A stretch of 64,000 nt of DNA from Raillietiella orientalis (Eukaryota). Location of the stretch: positions 1,488,001 to 1,552,000 of the forward strand of contig JAYWIR010000035.1 in the NCBI GenBank assembly GCA_036172245.1. Direction: 5' to 3'. A program made the position numbers and the translations under genes. The notes beneath the pieces were generated by a model. That model saw nothing but the letters and a program-made list of their open reading frames with translations, had not been told where the DNA came from and did not search any database. Shown here piece by piece: positions 13,561-26,999 of the stretch; position 1 is the first letter of the stretch, and each line of letters starts with the position of its first letter.

Positions 13561-14892
13561 TCATGCCGCAGCATCCGGGGACACGCAGCAAAGCAGTGAC
13601 CGGAAAACCCGGAGCACCCTGGCCAGCGCGCCGGATTTGCGTGCTGGCGGGGTGTCTCCCGGGCGGTTGCTGCGTGCGCCAGCAGCCGAAGAGCACCGTG
13701 TGCGTTCGCTGGGAGGGAAGGGGAGTCCTCCGGACGAGATGGTGCTAATGTCGCTGGCGGCGACCAGGGGCGTATAGAGCTCAGCGGAGTGCACTGCAGG
13801 TAGGCAGCCTCCGCCCAGGCTGCACCTGCCGTCGTCCGTGCCGCCGCTCTCGCCTGGCGCCGTCGCGCAGCTCTTGTCTTCTTCGGAAGCGCATGCTCCG
13901 AGTGCACCGAAGGAAGCTGGAGCCTCCTGGAACGGCTCCTCCACCGGTTTACCTCTCTCCAGCACGGGACCGTCACCGGGGCAGCATGCCAAGCCCCCGG
14001 TGGCTTGGAAAACGGCGAACGTGAGGGAGGTCCAATCGAAAAATGGGTCCCAACAGAGGGCACCGCAGTGACGACAGTGAGCATCGATTAGGGGTACGTC
14101 ACTGAAGGGCCGCTGCTCCAGGCTGATGCACGCATCGTCGCGTGGCGCGGGATGCCACGCGCTGGTGTCGCCTCTGTTTCCGGGCTCCCACGATTCCGGG
14201 CTACCGCTGCCACCGTGCGTGTCGCATCTGTCGCTTGCTGCAGCATCCCACTCGCCGCAGCAGGACGACGCCGTTCCGCCTCTTTGGTCAGCTGCAGTCG
14301 GGCTGCTGCGCTCCTCCGTCGCGCAGTTGCTGTCTTCGTTGCAACTGATGCTTTCCGATTCTCCAGGAGTACCGTCGCAAGCCGCCTCCTCCTGGAACAG
14401 TCCCTCTGCCGGTTCCGCTGTCTCCAGCAGGGCAGCGTGCTCAAAGCCGCATGCCACATCCCTTTCGGGTTCACGAATGCCAGGCGTAAAATACGTCCAA
14501 TCGACGGCAAAATCATTTTTCGGTGCGTCGCGTTGGCCACCGTAAGGATCGAGCAGCGGGACGTCGCTCACGTTTTCCTGCTCCAGGCTGGTCCTCCCAT
14601 CCTCTCTTGGCGCGGTCTCCCATGCGCACATGGCGCTGGAGGGGTCTCCGCTGCTGTCCCGCCGTGGTCCACGAACCGTTCCTAAGTAGTCGTCGCTACC
14701 TGCCGGCCACCACGAAGACGCCGACCAGATCGCTTCCGACACGTCCCTCTGGTGCGCCTGAACGTGCACATTGTCTCTGGGACGCAGCGACTCCCCTATC
14801 GGGGTCCGCTCCTCCACCTCGGCAGTGCAGCCGGGTGCATCCGACCACTCGCTTGAGTGTCCTAGAACGAAAGCATTTTCAAAACCGCTCAT
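13561..14892 (-). CDS. Hypothetical intronless 443-aa acidic, low-complexity protein with a two-copy 155-aa internal repeat
   Basis: Longest ORF in the track, with a true ATG start. The repeat is conserved at protein level with constant spacing (W91/W246, SDVPL 109/264, DWT 131/286, FQE 166/321). No family recognised. Confidence 0.55.
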   Translation of the reverse strand: MSGFENAFVLGHSSEWSDAPGCTAEVEERTPIGESLRPRDNVHVQAHQRDVSEAIWSASSWWPAGSDDYLGTVRGPRRDSSGDPSSAMCAWETAPREDGRTSLEQENVSDVPLLDPYGGQRDAPKNDFAVDWTYFTPGIREPERDVACGFEHAALLETAEPAEGLFQEEAACDGTPGESESISCNEDSNCATEERSSPTAADQRGGTASSCCGEWDAAASDRCDTHGGSGSPESWEPGNRGDTSAWHPAPRDDACISLEQRPFSDVPLIDAHCRHCGALCWDPFFDWTSLTFAVFQATGGLACCPGDGPVLERGKPVEEPFQEAPASFGALGACASEEDKSCATAPGESGGTDDGRCSLGGGCLPAVHSAELYTPLVAASDISTISSGGLPFPPSERTRCSSAAGARSNRPGDTPPARKSGALARVLRVFRSLLCCVSPDAAA

Positions 14893-15899
14893 TTTGGCAC
14901 AAAGCAGAATTTTCTGCTGGCACTCAATGCACGGAAACGCTTGCTAAACAAAGAACCATATCCATGGAAACCTGAACCCACCTTTCGTTCAAGAGAGAAC
15001 GTGTTCCCAGAAATCCGGACAAGAGTTTGTTGCTGCTATCCTGAACCCGCTTCTCTGTAGCTCGCTCACGCAAATGATGTCCTTCTCCTTGTATCCGCTC
15101 GTTGGCTCCGTTGACTGCTTCGTGTCTTTTTTCTCTTTTCGGGCTCCTACTCTCGTGGAAAAGCGTACTTCCTTTATGTTGAAACGGAACGCTGCCAGCA
15201 AGGACCCAGGTGCCTCACCTTGCCGTTCTGCTCGCAACGAACCATCCCCGTCGATCCTTGCACTCTGCTCTGCGTGGGATTGGTTCGGCACGCATCTCGC
15301 GGCAAGCATGGATGGCGCGCACACCACGGGGAGCAATGGGAGCGCTTTTCCTTACTCGCCAACTCTTTCTCTTGAGGTTCAAGATTTCCGAAATCTCGTG
15401 CGATCCCGGAAACGAATTTCGTTCCGCATTGGAATTCGGCTGTTGCATTGAACCTTCGCACTGATTTCGAGATGCAATTCAATTCCATCCTCATGAGAGT
15501 CTCGATCATGCTCTTCAGTAAGATTCTAATCAGACACCGAAAAAAGGGGAACAACGACTATGAAACATCAAACGAAACAGCTCTTCCTCGCGGAACTACA
15601 AGGAAGAGTTTCTTTGGTGATGAACAAGAATGGCAGTTGATGGGAAGAGATGAGACCATGTGGCGAGATAGGTTAAAAGATAGGTTTCAGGAAAACGACA
15701 CTCTATAAGCAAACGCGCGCGCGCAGAATAAATTCGAGAAATCTTGCCGCCTGTTCTGGAGTAAGAAAAAGGGAGGATGGCATTCGCGACCAGAAATGTG
15801 TTTAAACAACGAGTAATTTGAAATCATTCGAAACAAATCGCCGATTTAACTGAGTATTATGTGAAAACCCTGAGAATGGAATACTTGAAAAGGACTTTG

Positions 15900-17650
15900 T
15901 ACCTTCATCCTTTTCCTTTTGGATGCCAACATCAACACACGAGAATCCAACAAGGTCCGAAACACAGCATATAAGTCACTGCCTTTCTAAGCCGTATCCT
16001 TTCTAATGAGTTAGTCATCTTTGTACTGGATCTAGAAGGGCAGCCACGGTAATCCCAAAAAAATAAAAAATAAAAGCAGAAAGCCAGGCTCCCGTAGTTT
16101 ATAAGTTCCAGATAAAACGCTGTTCGGAGACTTGGTTTTTGTTAAGTATTTACAAATCGGAAAAACGTAAAGGTTTGGGGGGACTGAAAAGTAAATAATC
16201 TAAAACTGAACCACTGAAGTAAAATCAAAGACCCGACGGTTTTCCTAACTTCCCAAGTACACCTAAGTGCTGAAAATGGGATCACTAGAAGATGGTTTTC
16301 AGCAATGCGGCGAATTATTCATCGTCATCAATTTCCCTTCGCAATCTCTGAGAGCAAAATTCCCCGATTTCTTGGATTCCACCTCTTGAAGTTCGACTTC
16401 ATCCTACTCCTTCGCCTGCTCGGACCGTTTCGAGATCCCATAACCTCCACACTGAAATTCAATGCAATGAAACGCAGGACCTAACACCGGTCAACTCGAA
16501 AGAACAGCAGCCTTAGGACGAGCTGCAAAAACCTCGTCCCACACCGAATCCTTTATTTCTCAAACCAAGTGTTTCGTCTGGATCCAGGGAAGGATCCTGA
16601 CCAGCGCTCGACTGCAGTGGTTTTAAATCTTTTAGGACAAATCCTTTTTCGGGTTACTTTCGGAAAACACGCACTTGCTCAAGATTAAGTTACTGGTAGG
16701 TGTAATTTTTTTTTAGTGTTGTTCCTCGCAAATTGAGACCGCAAAGTGCTTCGTGTTTTTGAGTAGGCAACACATTTTACAAATGCCTCATGATGCCCCC
16801 CTGCATATGTACAGCCACACTTCTTCGCCATTCGATTCTTGATATCCTGAGCTAGGACTCATTAGGAATCATGACTGTGCAGATGACAGATCGCTCTCAA
16901 AGCAGCCCGTCTCAACGGACGGAAAAGTTTTCTTTTTTTTGAAAAAAGCAATCCACGGAATCGGAGTACATCTTGGTTGCTGATAAAGGACACGAAAGGA
17001 TCCGGAAAAGGACTGGACCATTCAGCATCCACACCAATAAGGAAAAACAAAGTGGAAACTTTTTGGCTGATGACAGTTCGTGGAAACAAATCAAAGGGGA
17101 ACATGGTCTCCTGCTTATGTTCAGAATAGATGGCACGTATAACCAACGTCAATTATTCATTCGATTTCTGGTGCACGGAAAGCGTCGTGGTTCATTCGGA
17201 TATTCGTCGAAAGCTGCCTGCGGGCACACGGACAACGCTGCCACCGCCCTATCTTCGCATTTTCATATATCAGTTCAAGCTGACGTACATCAGGGAAAGA
17301 AGTATTCACCCCTATAAATTCCGCCTTCACTTCACGAAGAAAAAAAAAAAAAAAGGAAGCAAATCCTTGAAGATATTCCGATTTCTTGTTTGTTGCTCAC
17401 CCGGCACGGGTTCAAAAATCGTTGTTGAAATTCTTCCAGATTCCGACATACTCTATTTTGTCGCAGGTTTCCCTTTCGTACTGTTGCAACCAATCCAGGG
17501 GCAACTGCGAATCACTTGAACATCCACTTGAATGCACAGCAACTGATGAAAGAGATGCATCATCTAACACCTACCACAAAAGGCTCCACTGCTATACAGG
17601 ACACATAAATGCTTATTCTTTGGATTTTTAATAGCAAAGTATCAAGACAC
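15900..17650 (-). mobile_element. Degenerate non-LTR retrotransposon ORF2 remnant (APE region onward)
   Basis: Minus-strand 'TIFEPVPG' (~17400-17425) resembles 'TFRPVPGR' of the 6581 EN, and 'YVPS' (~17130-17142) resembles the APE NVYAP motif. Heavily interrupted. Confidence 0.4.
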
Positions 17651-18459
17651 ATTATCAGCTGAAGAAGGTTACAGATTTTTTATTATGATTTGACGTCACT
17701 AGACAAACCACAGCATTTCCACAAGCAAAACAAGGAACTCGTAAACTTTTTTAGATTATTAAGCAATTAACAGCATTACTGCCATGGAGGACTTCCTGTT
17801 CAATAATCATACACTTGACGCACATCTTAATTTCACTCTTCCCTTCATTTCCTTCTTCTTCAAATCACCTCGCAAAAGGTTTTCAAGAAGTATTTGCTGG
17901 AAATTGGTGAACCGTTCACTTTTTAAAATCACTTCAGATATGACAAAACATACACAGAACCTATATTTTCAATGAAAGCTAGCTCATGGTAGTTTCTTTT
18001 AAAGATACCAGAGGAACAGAACCTTATTTTTGTTAAATGCACCGTTCTAAAGGCACGAAAGTGATTGCAGGATATGAAAACAAGAAATGTAGTGGCTGCA
18101 AAGAGAAATAGCTAGGCAAAAATCAATGTGCACTAGTTCCTTCATGATGCAAAGTCACGTTACAGGCACTGGTTTAGGTTTGCTACTATTATTTGCTGAA
18201 TTTTATAAATGCTTTCCACCATGGCAATTTTTTCCTAGTTAACGTGTTTACTAATGGAAGATTTGGGATAAATATACGTAAGACGAATTACATGCGTGTA
18301 TGCTTAGAAAAATAATTTAGAAAAAGGTTTAGCAGTTTATTAAACATGTTTTAATCCAGCAGTAATCTCGAAAAAACCTTTGGTAAAATATTTCTGCATA
18401 AAAAATACTCAAACATACATATACACATACATATGATGGATGCATAACACAATTTCAAC

Positions 18460-21400
18460 CTATGTATTTTCAGTGAAAAACACATGCACTGCTTTGTCAT
18501 CAGATAATAGGGCTTGAGCCCTTTTCGTTCCCACAATTGCACTTAGCTTCTCTTTATCTGCACTGCAGTATAATAAGAGGCATGCTTTGGCTGTATTCAT
18601 GCTGAGAGCTGGATTCTGCAATGATTCCTGGAATCATTATAGTAATTTAAATCCTAATAACCATTTACACTATACCTGCAGCATGTTGCACATTTCATAA
18701 TAAAAATGGGGATAACAAGGAACAGAGTAGAATATAAGATGCTGAATTCCTTTTATGCGATAACGCCGAAAGAAATGGAACCGTTCAGTGTAAAGTAAAA
18801 AGTGTCGCTGACCACGATAAAACAAATTTCTACTTCGTGCTACTTTCACATCCTGAATATTGATTACGAATGTAAATGTTCAATTTTCCAATGTATGCCC
18901 CCATTCTCAACAAACCTTTGTGTATTCACATATGTGAGTAAAACTTAATTCCTCTTTTTTAAAATAGTTACGCAGACGAACAAAGTCAAAATATGAGGAA
19001 ATGAAAATCATTGTATTTCTCATGATTGAATCTTGGAAGCGAGTCAAAACTTCTTTAATAAAAAACTGAAACCGTTCATCAGCTGAAAGAATAAGTGATG
19101 TAAAGCTGAACCGTTGGAAAGTCTAACTGAAAATATTATTGTCATCCTTAACACAGAACAAATTACCTGTGGTACTTGAACAGTAACATGTGCAACTGAG
19201 CCCTCGGATACAAAAGTATCCCCAAACAGCTGACCTTCGTAATTGTGACAGTATTTTAGAAGTGATTTGATCTCGGGAACATCGACAGCAGAAAATATAA
19301 TTGTCTGACGATAATATTTGTACCACCCATTAAGACACCACATATGTACTCTGAAAATTGCACACTAAACAACTGCATTTACAAAGCTTTCAAATAATTC
19401 CACTTAAATCAATCATTGCCTTGAAAAGTCAACATCTTCTGAAAATTGTGGTTGTAAATTCAAGCGTGAAAATATATACAGCACATGCTCCCAGTTTTGC
19501 ATAAGAAATACGTCTGTTTGATCAAGCACCGTGATTTCAATAGAACTCAGAAAGCTGCAGTTTTTTTTATTCTCTAGAACCATGCGCAATCCTAAAGGAG
19601 AAGCCATGATAATATCTGATTTTGAGAATTCACTGTAGAGCTAGAAATATAGACAAAGAGCATTATAAAATAATAAAAGTACTGATTTTTCATAATGAAT
19701 TCCTTAATACCATCATGCTTTTCCTGGTCATCCTGATTCCAATTTTAAAGTTGTCATCAATGCTGCCAGAAAAAAGCATTTCATAATCAGGTGGACGCAC
19801 AAGAGCAGTGTGCTCTGTAGTTTTGTGAAATTCTTCAAAAAATCGTTGTTTGTTAATTACATTATCGGTTTGATTTGCACTATACAACTGCATCAATGTT
19901 TTCAAAGTTCTGAAACCATTTATTATTCACAAAGTGAATTATCTTATAACTCATATTACCTTAATGCAGCTTCTCGAAATGGGACTAAGATCAATACTTT
20001 TGGCCGAGCAAAACCTTGATCTCGATATTCGTGAGAATCATCTCTTTTCTTGTTACTACTTAATATAGCATTATTTTTCAAAACCTTTTTTTTTGTTTTA
20101 AGCACATGATTCAGTAGGTGTAGGCAATATACATATCGAACTTCTTCTCCATTATTCAAACCTCTTTCAGGATAGTAGAAGTCAAGGTATTGTGTTAATA
20201 TGCAAAACAGCTCCTTTTGAAAATCATTCAAGATTTCCTTTTCATTCCTTTTGCAATCTATAGTTTGTCCATGAATTTTCTTTTTTAGAGTTTCTTCCAG
20301 ATAAATAAGCACACTGCATGCATTATAATTCAAATTTAAAGTTTTTTTCTGTAGTTTTTCCAAAGTTAAGGGATTATATAACCATATCAAATTTCCCAGG
20401 TTTTCACTTTGGATGTTCACTTTATTTAATGCTCCTGAAGCATTTGCAACACAATCACTATTGTTTTCAAAGTGTTGACTGAAGTAATCAATCTAAAATT
20501 TATGCATACCATTTCCTCCTAAAAACACTATGAAAAGAAATAATGTTACCTACCTCGGAAAAACAGTTTGCTAAATCTGGCAGACTGACAGATGATATGC
20601 TACAAAACAATCAATGTTAATGCAACTATATAAATAATATAAAAAATATTTTAAAACTAATTGATTGCAGAACGGAATTCTTAAATAATTCTTGACTTGA
20701 AATAGCATTTTAAATACAATTACTTATCTCATGTACTGAAATCGAAATTCATAACCCGAGTAATTTACGATTGATTGATTAAGCAACAAGAGTATGTGCA
20801 GAAAGCAACACTGGTGTGTAATACATAAATCAATTTATTTGAAATATCGATTCAAAATATTCAAATTAAGAAACTTACACAACGTAACATGTTAAATGAC
20901 ATGCTTTTTATAATTACAACTATGAAATTTAACTCTTATCAGCATACTCATTTTCTTTACAAAATTCATCATCAGTAACAAATGCAGAATCTGATTATTA
21001 TTTAGTACAGCAAAAATTATTGCACATTTCATTCAGTCAAATCCAAGTTGAGAGAAGGAAGTGCTGCCTTTTCAGTTTGACTTTTGAGAAAATCATCATA
21101 GTTGAATCATAAGTTCATGAAATAGAGTTCATAGAAGAGCATGTACAACTGTTGGTTGGCATTCAGTCAAGATTGTTTGCATTACACACAATTTATAATG
21201 TCATAAGACAGTCATAATAACTGACAAAATTATCTCATACAGCAATATGACACTACACATACAGGGAAATCAAGAAGTTCACAAACTGAAGCCATCTCTA
21301 TGGTATCGAACTATTCTATCTCCATGCCACGTAAATGAGGAGAACGTATGTATGTAAAATATGTCCCTCTACATAAAACAGGAAAGCAATGTTTGCAGCA

Positions 21401-22719
21401 GTTTTGTTTCATTAACTTGGCTTCTCTCATACAAGCATGAAAGCTCTCATCTGCATTTTTTGTAGGATAATTAAACTAGAAATGGGAATGAAATAACAAA
21501 ATCTGGATGACATGAACTTAGTATCATTATAAAGATCAAATAATTTTTTATAATTATCAGAAGGCTAGGCAGAAATAATCTAATAAGCAAAACAAACTTA
21601 AACTATAAATAATTTCATGATCTATAATGCTGTTTCTCCCAATAAAAACTTTAGACTATGCCACGATTCTCATTAGAAAGAAACCCAAGCTCTTATTAGT
21701 TCATGCTCTTGTTATGAAATTTAAAGTTTCATTCTGCAATAATTTCTGTAAATAATACATTGCCAGTTTTAAAAAGATACCTTGGCTTGCATCATGAGCT
21801 TATTGTAAAGTGAATGCATTAAACCTTATTCCTATATTACACCATTCAATTACTAAATATGTTGAGAACTCAATGAATTTATAAGCACAAATGGCACTTA
21901 ACACAGTGTAGTAGCAAACATCGTATCACACAACAATCTGTGACCAGATAATATCTCCAATTAAAAACCAAAATGCATTTATTTGATTTTTTAAATTTTT
22001 GAAAATTTTCCAATCTCATATAATTCTCGATGATTGATATTTTTCTTTAAAAAAGCGAACCGATATTAACTCCTGTACTGACTGAAACTGAAAAAACAGC
22101 TTATTACAATGAGAACGGATAAACTTCATCCTACATGGGCAAAATATATCTTAACTGCAGAATAAACGCCGAGGACTTAGGTTAATCAGCTAACTTTATG
22201 ACAGCTTCTCACACGAAATTGTGAAAAAAACATTTGTACTTGATCAATGTGTTAGTGCTTTGCACCAACAAAATATAAAATAAAACTTTCACGAGAAAGT
22301 ATTCAAAAATTGCGCCTACTTTAATGCTCTGTCTCTACAGGTTACAAAATGCTCGAGTCACTTTTCACTTTTGAATTACTTTTCACTTAATTAATTCAAA
22401 TATGTATAGTGATCAACACTTATTAAACTGCATCACTTCACTTCCGAACACGTGTTCCAATTTTGGTATATGTACGGCCGAAGTGTGTACACATGCTCTA
22501 CATGTCTTGCATATGGAATTACCTTGGATCTCTCACGCTTTCCACTGATGACAACCCATCGTTAGTTTCTTCTTGAATGTTCGGAGTGTAATCATTCGAA
22601 ATTTTCCTTTTTTTACTATGTGGGTTGTCTTCGTGAAAAACGAACATAATTATCCCAACTGCTTGGATTTCACCAAAATACTCACCTAATAACAACAGAA
22701 GCTCCCTTTGGTAATCCAT
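18460..22719 (-). CDS. UTP25: U3 snoRNA-associated protein 25 / digestive organ expansion factor (DEF/DIEXF), ~9 exons
   Basis: Motifs '[11 protein letters not shown]', '[18 protein letters not shown]', 'DDNFKIG', '[12 protein letters not shown]', 'SFLSSIE', 'MQNWEHV', 'YYRQTIIFS' and '[14 protein letters not shown]'. Approximate exons 22719-22686, 22628-22523, 20599-20554, 20492-19960, 19909-19711, 19641-19420, 19350-19167, 19122-18676 and 18627-18460 (TAG) join in frame. The two 5' exons are less certain. Confidence 0.93.
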
Positions 22720-23749
22720 TTCTCAAGTACGTATGTGCTTCTAGCATACATCTTTCAAACTTGCTCACAGGGAAACTATTGATGGATCACCCCGGATCTC
22801 TTATGCATCACGTACACAAATTGTGTGGGCTGCACAATATAAAACTGTAGACCAATTCGATATTTCACTCAGCACATCAACAATTTTTAAGCAGCAGCTC
22901 GAATCACGTCACAAAATGCACTGCAAAATCACATTGATGCCTTCACCTGACATGACCATGCTTTGGGATTCCTCGTTCAAGGTTACCAGCAACTCCAGCA
23001 CGTGAGTCCCATCAACTAAGCGATAGCCAGAACATTATATAATGTCATTTTTTCTATTTTTAATGCAGACCGATAGAAAGTGTCTATCAAACGCTCACAG
23101 AGTTTGAAATTTTCTGAAATCCGAATACAAATACAAATTACAAATATTCAACTTTGCAGAGAAAAAAATTCAGAAGTATCCCAAGCAAGCAGTGGATGGA
23201 AAAGTTTTCCACTGCTGACAATAATCGAATAAGAATGATTTATTTTCCTAAAAGTAAGAACGAATCGCCTAATGATAGCAAAAGAATTGAAATCGGAACA
23301 CACATGAGCTGAAATAAAAGTTAACAATTTTTAGTTTGGTCACATGAGGAAATATTTGTGATTTTGCCCAGTTAATGATTTAGTCCAATGGCATATGAAT
23401 ACATAAATAATCTATATTGATTTTCAAGTAACAGTTTATTTTCACATGTCATGATGTTTTCTGAGAACTCTATACATGAACCTATTATCACCAGAAGACT
23501 ATTGTGGCAGAATGTATTATTACTACTACTATGAATTAGGTTTTTTATTTCTGATAATTAGGTTGATTATTAACACTTCAAGAAACAAATAAGAAAAAGT
23601 CTGGTTCTGTCTGATCTATGCGATTCAAGATAAGTATTAAGAATTAAGAAACTATAAGTTTTGCACATACATTTTGTACTGTTCGGTTAGTTCATTTAAT
23701 TTCGATCTAAATTTAAAGTTTTCTACATCATAATGACTTGGCATTGTTT

Positions 23750-24560
23750 TTAAATTATTTCGATGATTTTGGATTCAATTAGGCTTATCAGGTTAAATTG
23801 GAATGTGAAGTATCCTTGCATGGTTTGTGATCCAATGATTTTTTTGTTCTTGCTGATAATGTCTGAGACGGCTGAATTGCACAGTTGACTAAACAGCATT
23901 ATGTGGCAACCTTCATTTCGAATGAAGTATCGTTTCAAAACCCTAGGAGTTTTGGTTTGCAAAACCCAAGGTCACTGAGAAAGAATCAAAAATCCATACA
24001 TGTGCGTTTGTATTCAGAATACTGAATTTCTTAACTATTGAAGTCTCCCTTATTGGACTTATTATTTTGTAGGGTCATTGAAACATTTCTTCTACAGATT
24101 AACATCGAAATAATTACTACAATATTACAATGGTATGGATTTGCAATTCTTCCTAAATAATCATTCAAAAAGAGCAGGGAAATTAGAAAATAACAGACTT
24201 TGGTAGTCCGATATTGAATATGCCATCACCACAAGGTCAAACCTCTACTACTTTTTCCATTAGACCAAGTCTCAATCTTAAGAGACTGAGGCTTGAGTCT
24301 GTAACTAAAGATAGAGGTCAACCTTGGTGGACTTCAACCTCAGTGATCACAGAAAACTTATTGTGCCACATTGCCAGTTCCTCACAATCCCGATCATATT
24401 GGTGGGTATCGCATAGCCTTGCCCATCATCAATGGAATCGAGTCAAAATTTGGATTATTATGGCCCAAATTTACCTCTTCAGTCCAGGCACCGTCAGGAT
24501 GATTCTGAATGTTTTAGATGACATCTCTTGGTGCAGTATTTCAAGTGTTAATCCGTAATG
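23750..24560 (-). mobile_element. Degenerate BEL/Pao-like reverse transcriptase remnant
   Basis: Minus-strand fragments appear in the expected order: 'KSTKV' (cf. KSTTKLRVVFDAS), 'SVEEM', 'GDFN' (cf. GGFNLRKW) and 'TKLLGF' (cf. KVLGLxW). Judged by eye across frameshifts. Confidence 0.3.
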
Positions 24561-26999
24561 TCTAAATTAAAAAAACGAATGAATGAATTTATTTTACTTT
24601 TTTTTTAAAAAAAAGCACAGAGGTCTGTAATTAAAATACCTAAAACCAAGGTAACACTTGCATATATATTTGGAGTTCACAAATTTTGTAACTGAAATCC
24701 ATGGATCATTGGTCGAAAATTCTTCATTATTTTTCTACAAATACGTGGAATAAAACTGATGGAACTAGATGAAATGCATGAGATGTAACTGAACGAGACT
24801 GATGAAATTTGAAAGCTTTTATTGAAATGCAAAATATGCAAATGATTTAATTGCTCTTGGAATTTTTGTGGGATGATAATGAGAAAACAGAGACCCAAAT
24901 CCTTCCCTGAAGAGACAATATTAAGAGAGCACCAAAAGTTTGTCTACATTTCCAATGATGTACATGCTATAAAATCAGTGCTAAAGTCAAGGATTACTTT
25001 CAAGCTTCACAAACAGAATCAAATTATTATGCGAAATACTTCTTTGAAACCTATACATGACACTGCAGTTTCAAATCAGACGATACTACTTACAGAGAAA
25101 AAAGAAAACCACATTAGATTTTCCAGATTCATGCAATATCAACTGCTTGATACTTCCAGATTTTGGACTTGGAAATCTGGACTTGGTCTCTCTTTGAAAT
25201 AATGCTGTTAAACATAAATTTGATGAATAGATAATGGTCTCAAAACTATTCATGACAATCCAGTACTATGTTCTACAAAATAATGAATTAGTCAATATCT
25301 TATTCGAATCTACATTTATCAGGTTCGTGTGTAATAAGACGCTTACTCAATAATTTTCATGAAGAGTCACGAGAACTACAGGTGGATTTTATCTTTTAGT
25401 TGCCAAATAATGAAGGACAGAATGCTAACGTTAAAAGCATAAAACTCCTAAAGCAACTAGTATTATGTGTCCTGTAGTAAGCATAAGCAGGTGGTTAGTT
25501 CCTTATTACTGGAAAAAGAACAGTTGCCTAAAACATCCCAAAGAAAACAGTGATCTGCCAACACAGTGTCACCATTATGGAAATCCGTAACTGCATCATG
25601 CAGTTACATTCGTGAAGTTTATAGAAACTGCGTTTCTGGATTTCTGCGTTTTGCCAATGTCTTTCTTCAACTGGTGAATCATAAGATTATGGTTGTGCTT
25701 CTCAAGTGAGGTAGAGCACAGGAAAATTATGAATGATTTGGATGGCTGCAGGACAACACAATTTGATCCATAAGCCATGTCTTTGGGAGTACATCTGGAA
25801 TGTTCAATAAACAAAGATGAATGGTTCTCTCTTGTTCTCTGCTGACTTGTGTAGGGACATATGAGTAGATCTAGATCTCCGAGTCACCTCCTCATTTGCA
25901 AATAAAGATAATGAAATGATTAAAAGTTGGAGTCTTAGGCTAATAGCATTCTAAGCCGAAAATTCGTAAAGTGCTAAACCAATTCCCCTTTTTTTCCTAA
26001 AGGGTTTCCAATTGGAATCGTGAGAATGGATGTGGAAAATCTAACAGCACACCTGATGTCTCAGAAGCAGCTCAATTTAAGCTCATTTCTTTTAGAGGAA
26101 TGGAATGTCTGTTCACTGCAACAAAAGATAACGTAATAGATGTGTACTCCTCTAGTTTTAGCTATTAATGAAAAAAAAAATAGATTGTTGATTACAAGAA
26201 GGCTCTGTATATTCCGAACTTTCGGGAAAAGGATTACAGTGTCTGTTGAATTTTATAACATACTTACAAGAGTAATTCTCTGCCATGCAACCTATTGCTA
26301 AACAAGATGGAGATTAGACGGTGAACAGATTCTTTCGAGGCTGTAGTTGCTTTCCTCTGACGAGACTTCCTACTTATCCCTATAACAGCATCAAAGCATT
26401 ATCTCTCAGTCAATAGGAAATGCTTATTTTTCTCATTTATTAGTACACTGATCGTACTTGATTTCGATGTACAGAAATTTGACAATCTTATCTCTTTCTT
26501 ATCAGTGCTGAAATATTGTATGTTTGAGTTTGTTTTTAATAAGAGTTGTGGGAATATTTGAAATGCAAAGTTAGCTGTTGTCCACCGTATAAAGAAGTTA
26601 AGGACACTGAAGTGGAATGTTGCGTTTTTTTTTTCTGATAGCGATGACCTAAAAAGAAATTTCTATTGAATCTTCCTAGCTGTACTTTATAGCATGACTT
26701 CAAATTGATAAAATATATGCGCTGCATTGTCTTTTTAATGAGTAAATCATTTTCTTTGATAAAGAGCGATATCTATGTTTTATCATGTCTTTTAGTAATA
26801 TATATCAATAAACAGAACTATGGTTTTAGGTTTTAGTTCCAAATCAAAGTACCAGATTTTCGCAGTTTAATGGAGGGCTTTTGGATTTATTTGCAAAGCT
26901 TTTGGAATGAATTTAGTCTTCAATATGAAGAAAATGGTTTTGTTGCAAGTTTAGGTGTAAGACTTTGCATACTGTTGTATATGAGACTGTGGATAACTC

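Noticed and set aside
20950..21110. Box C-like TGATGA motifs in the UTP25 large intron
   Set aside because: Expected by chance in AT-rich DNA; no terminal stem or rRNA guide could be verified.
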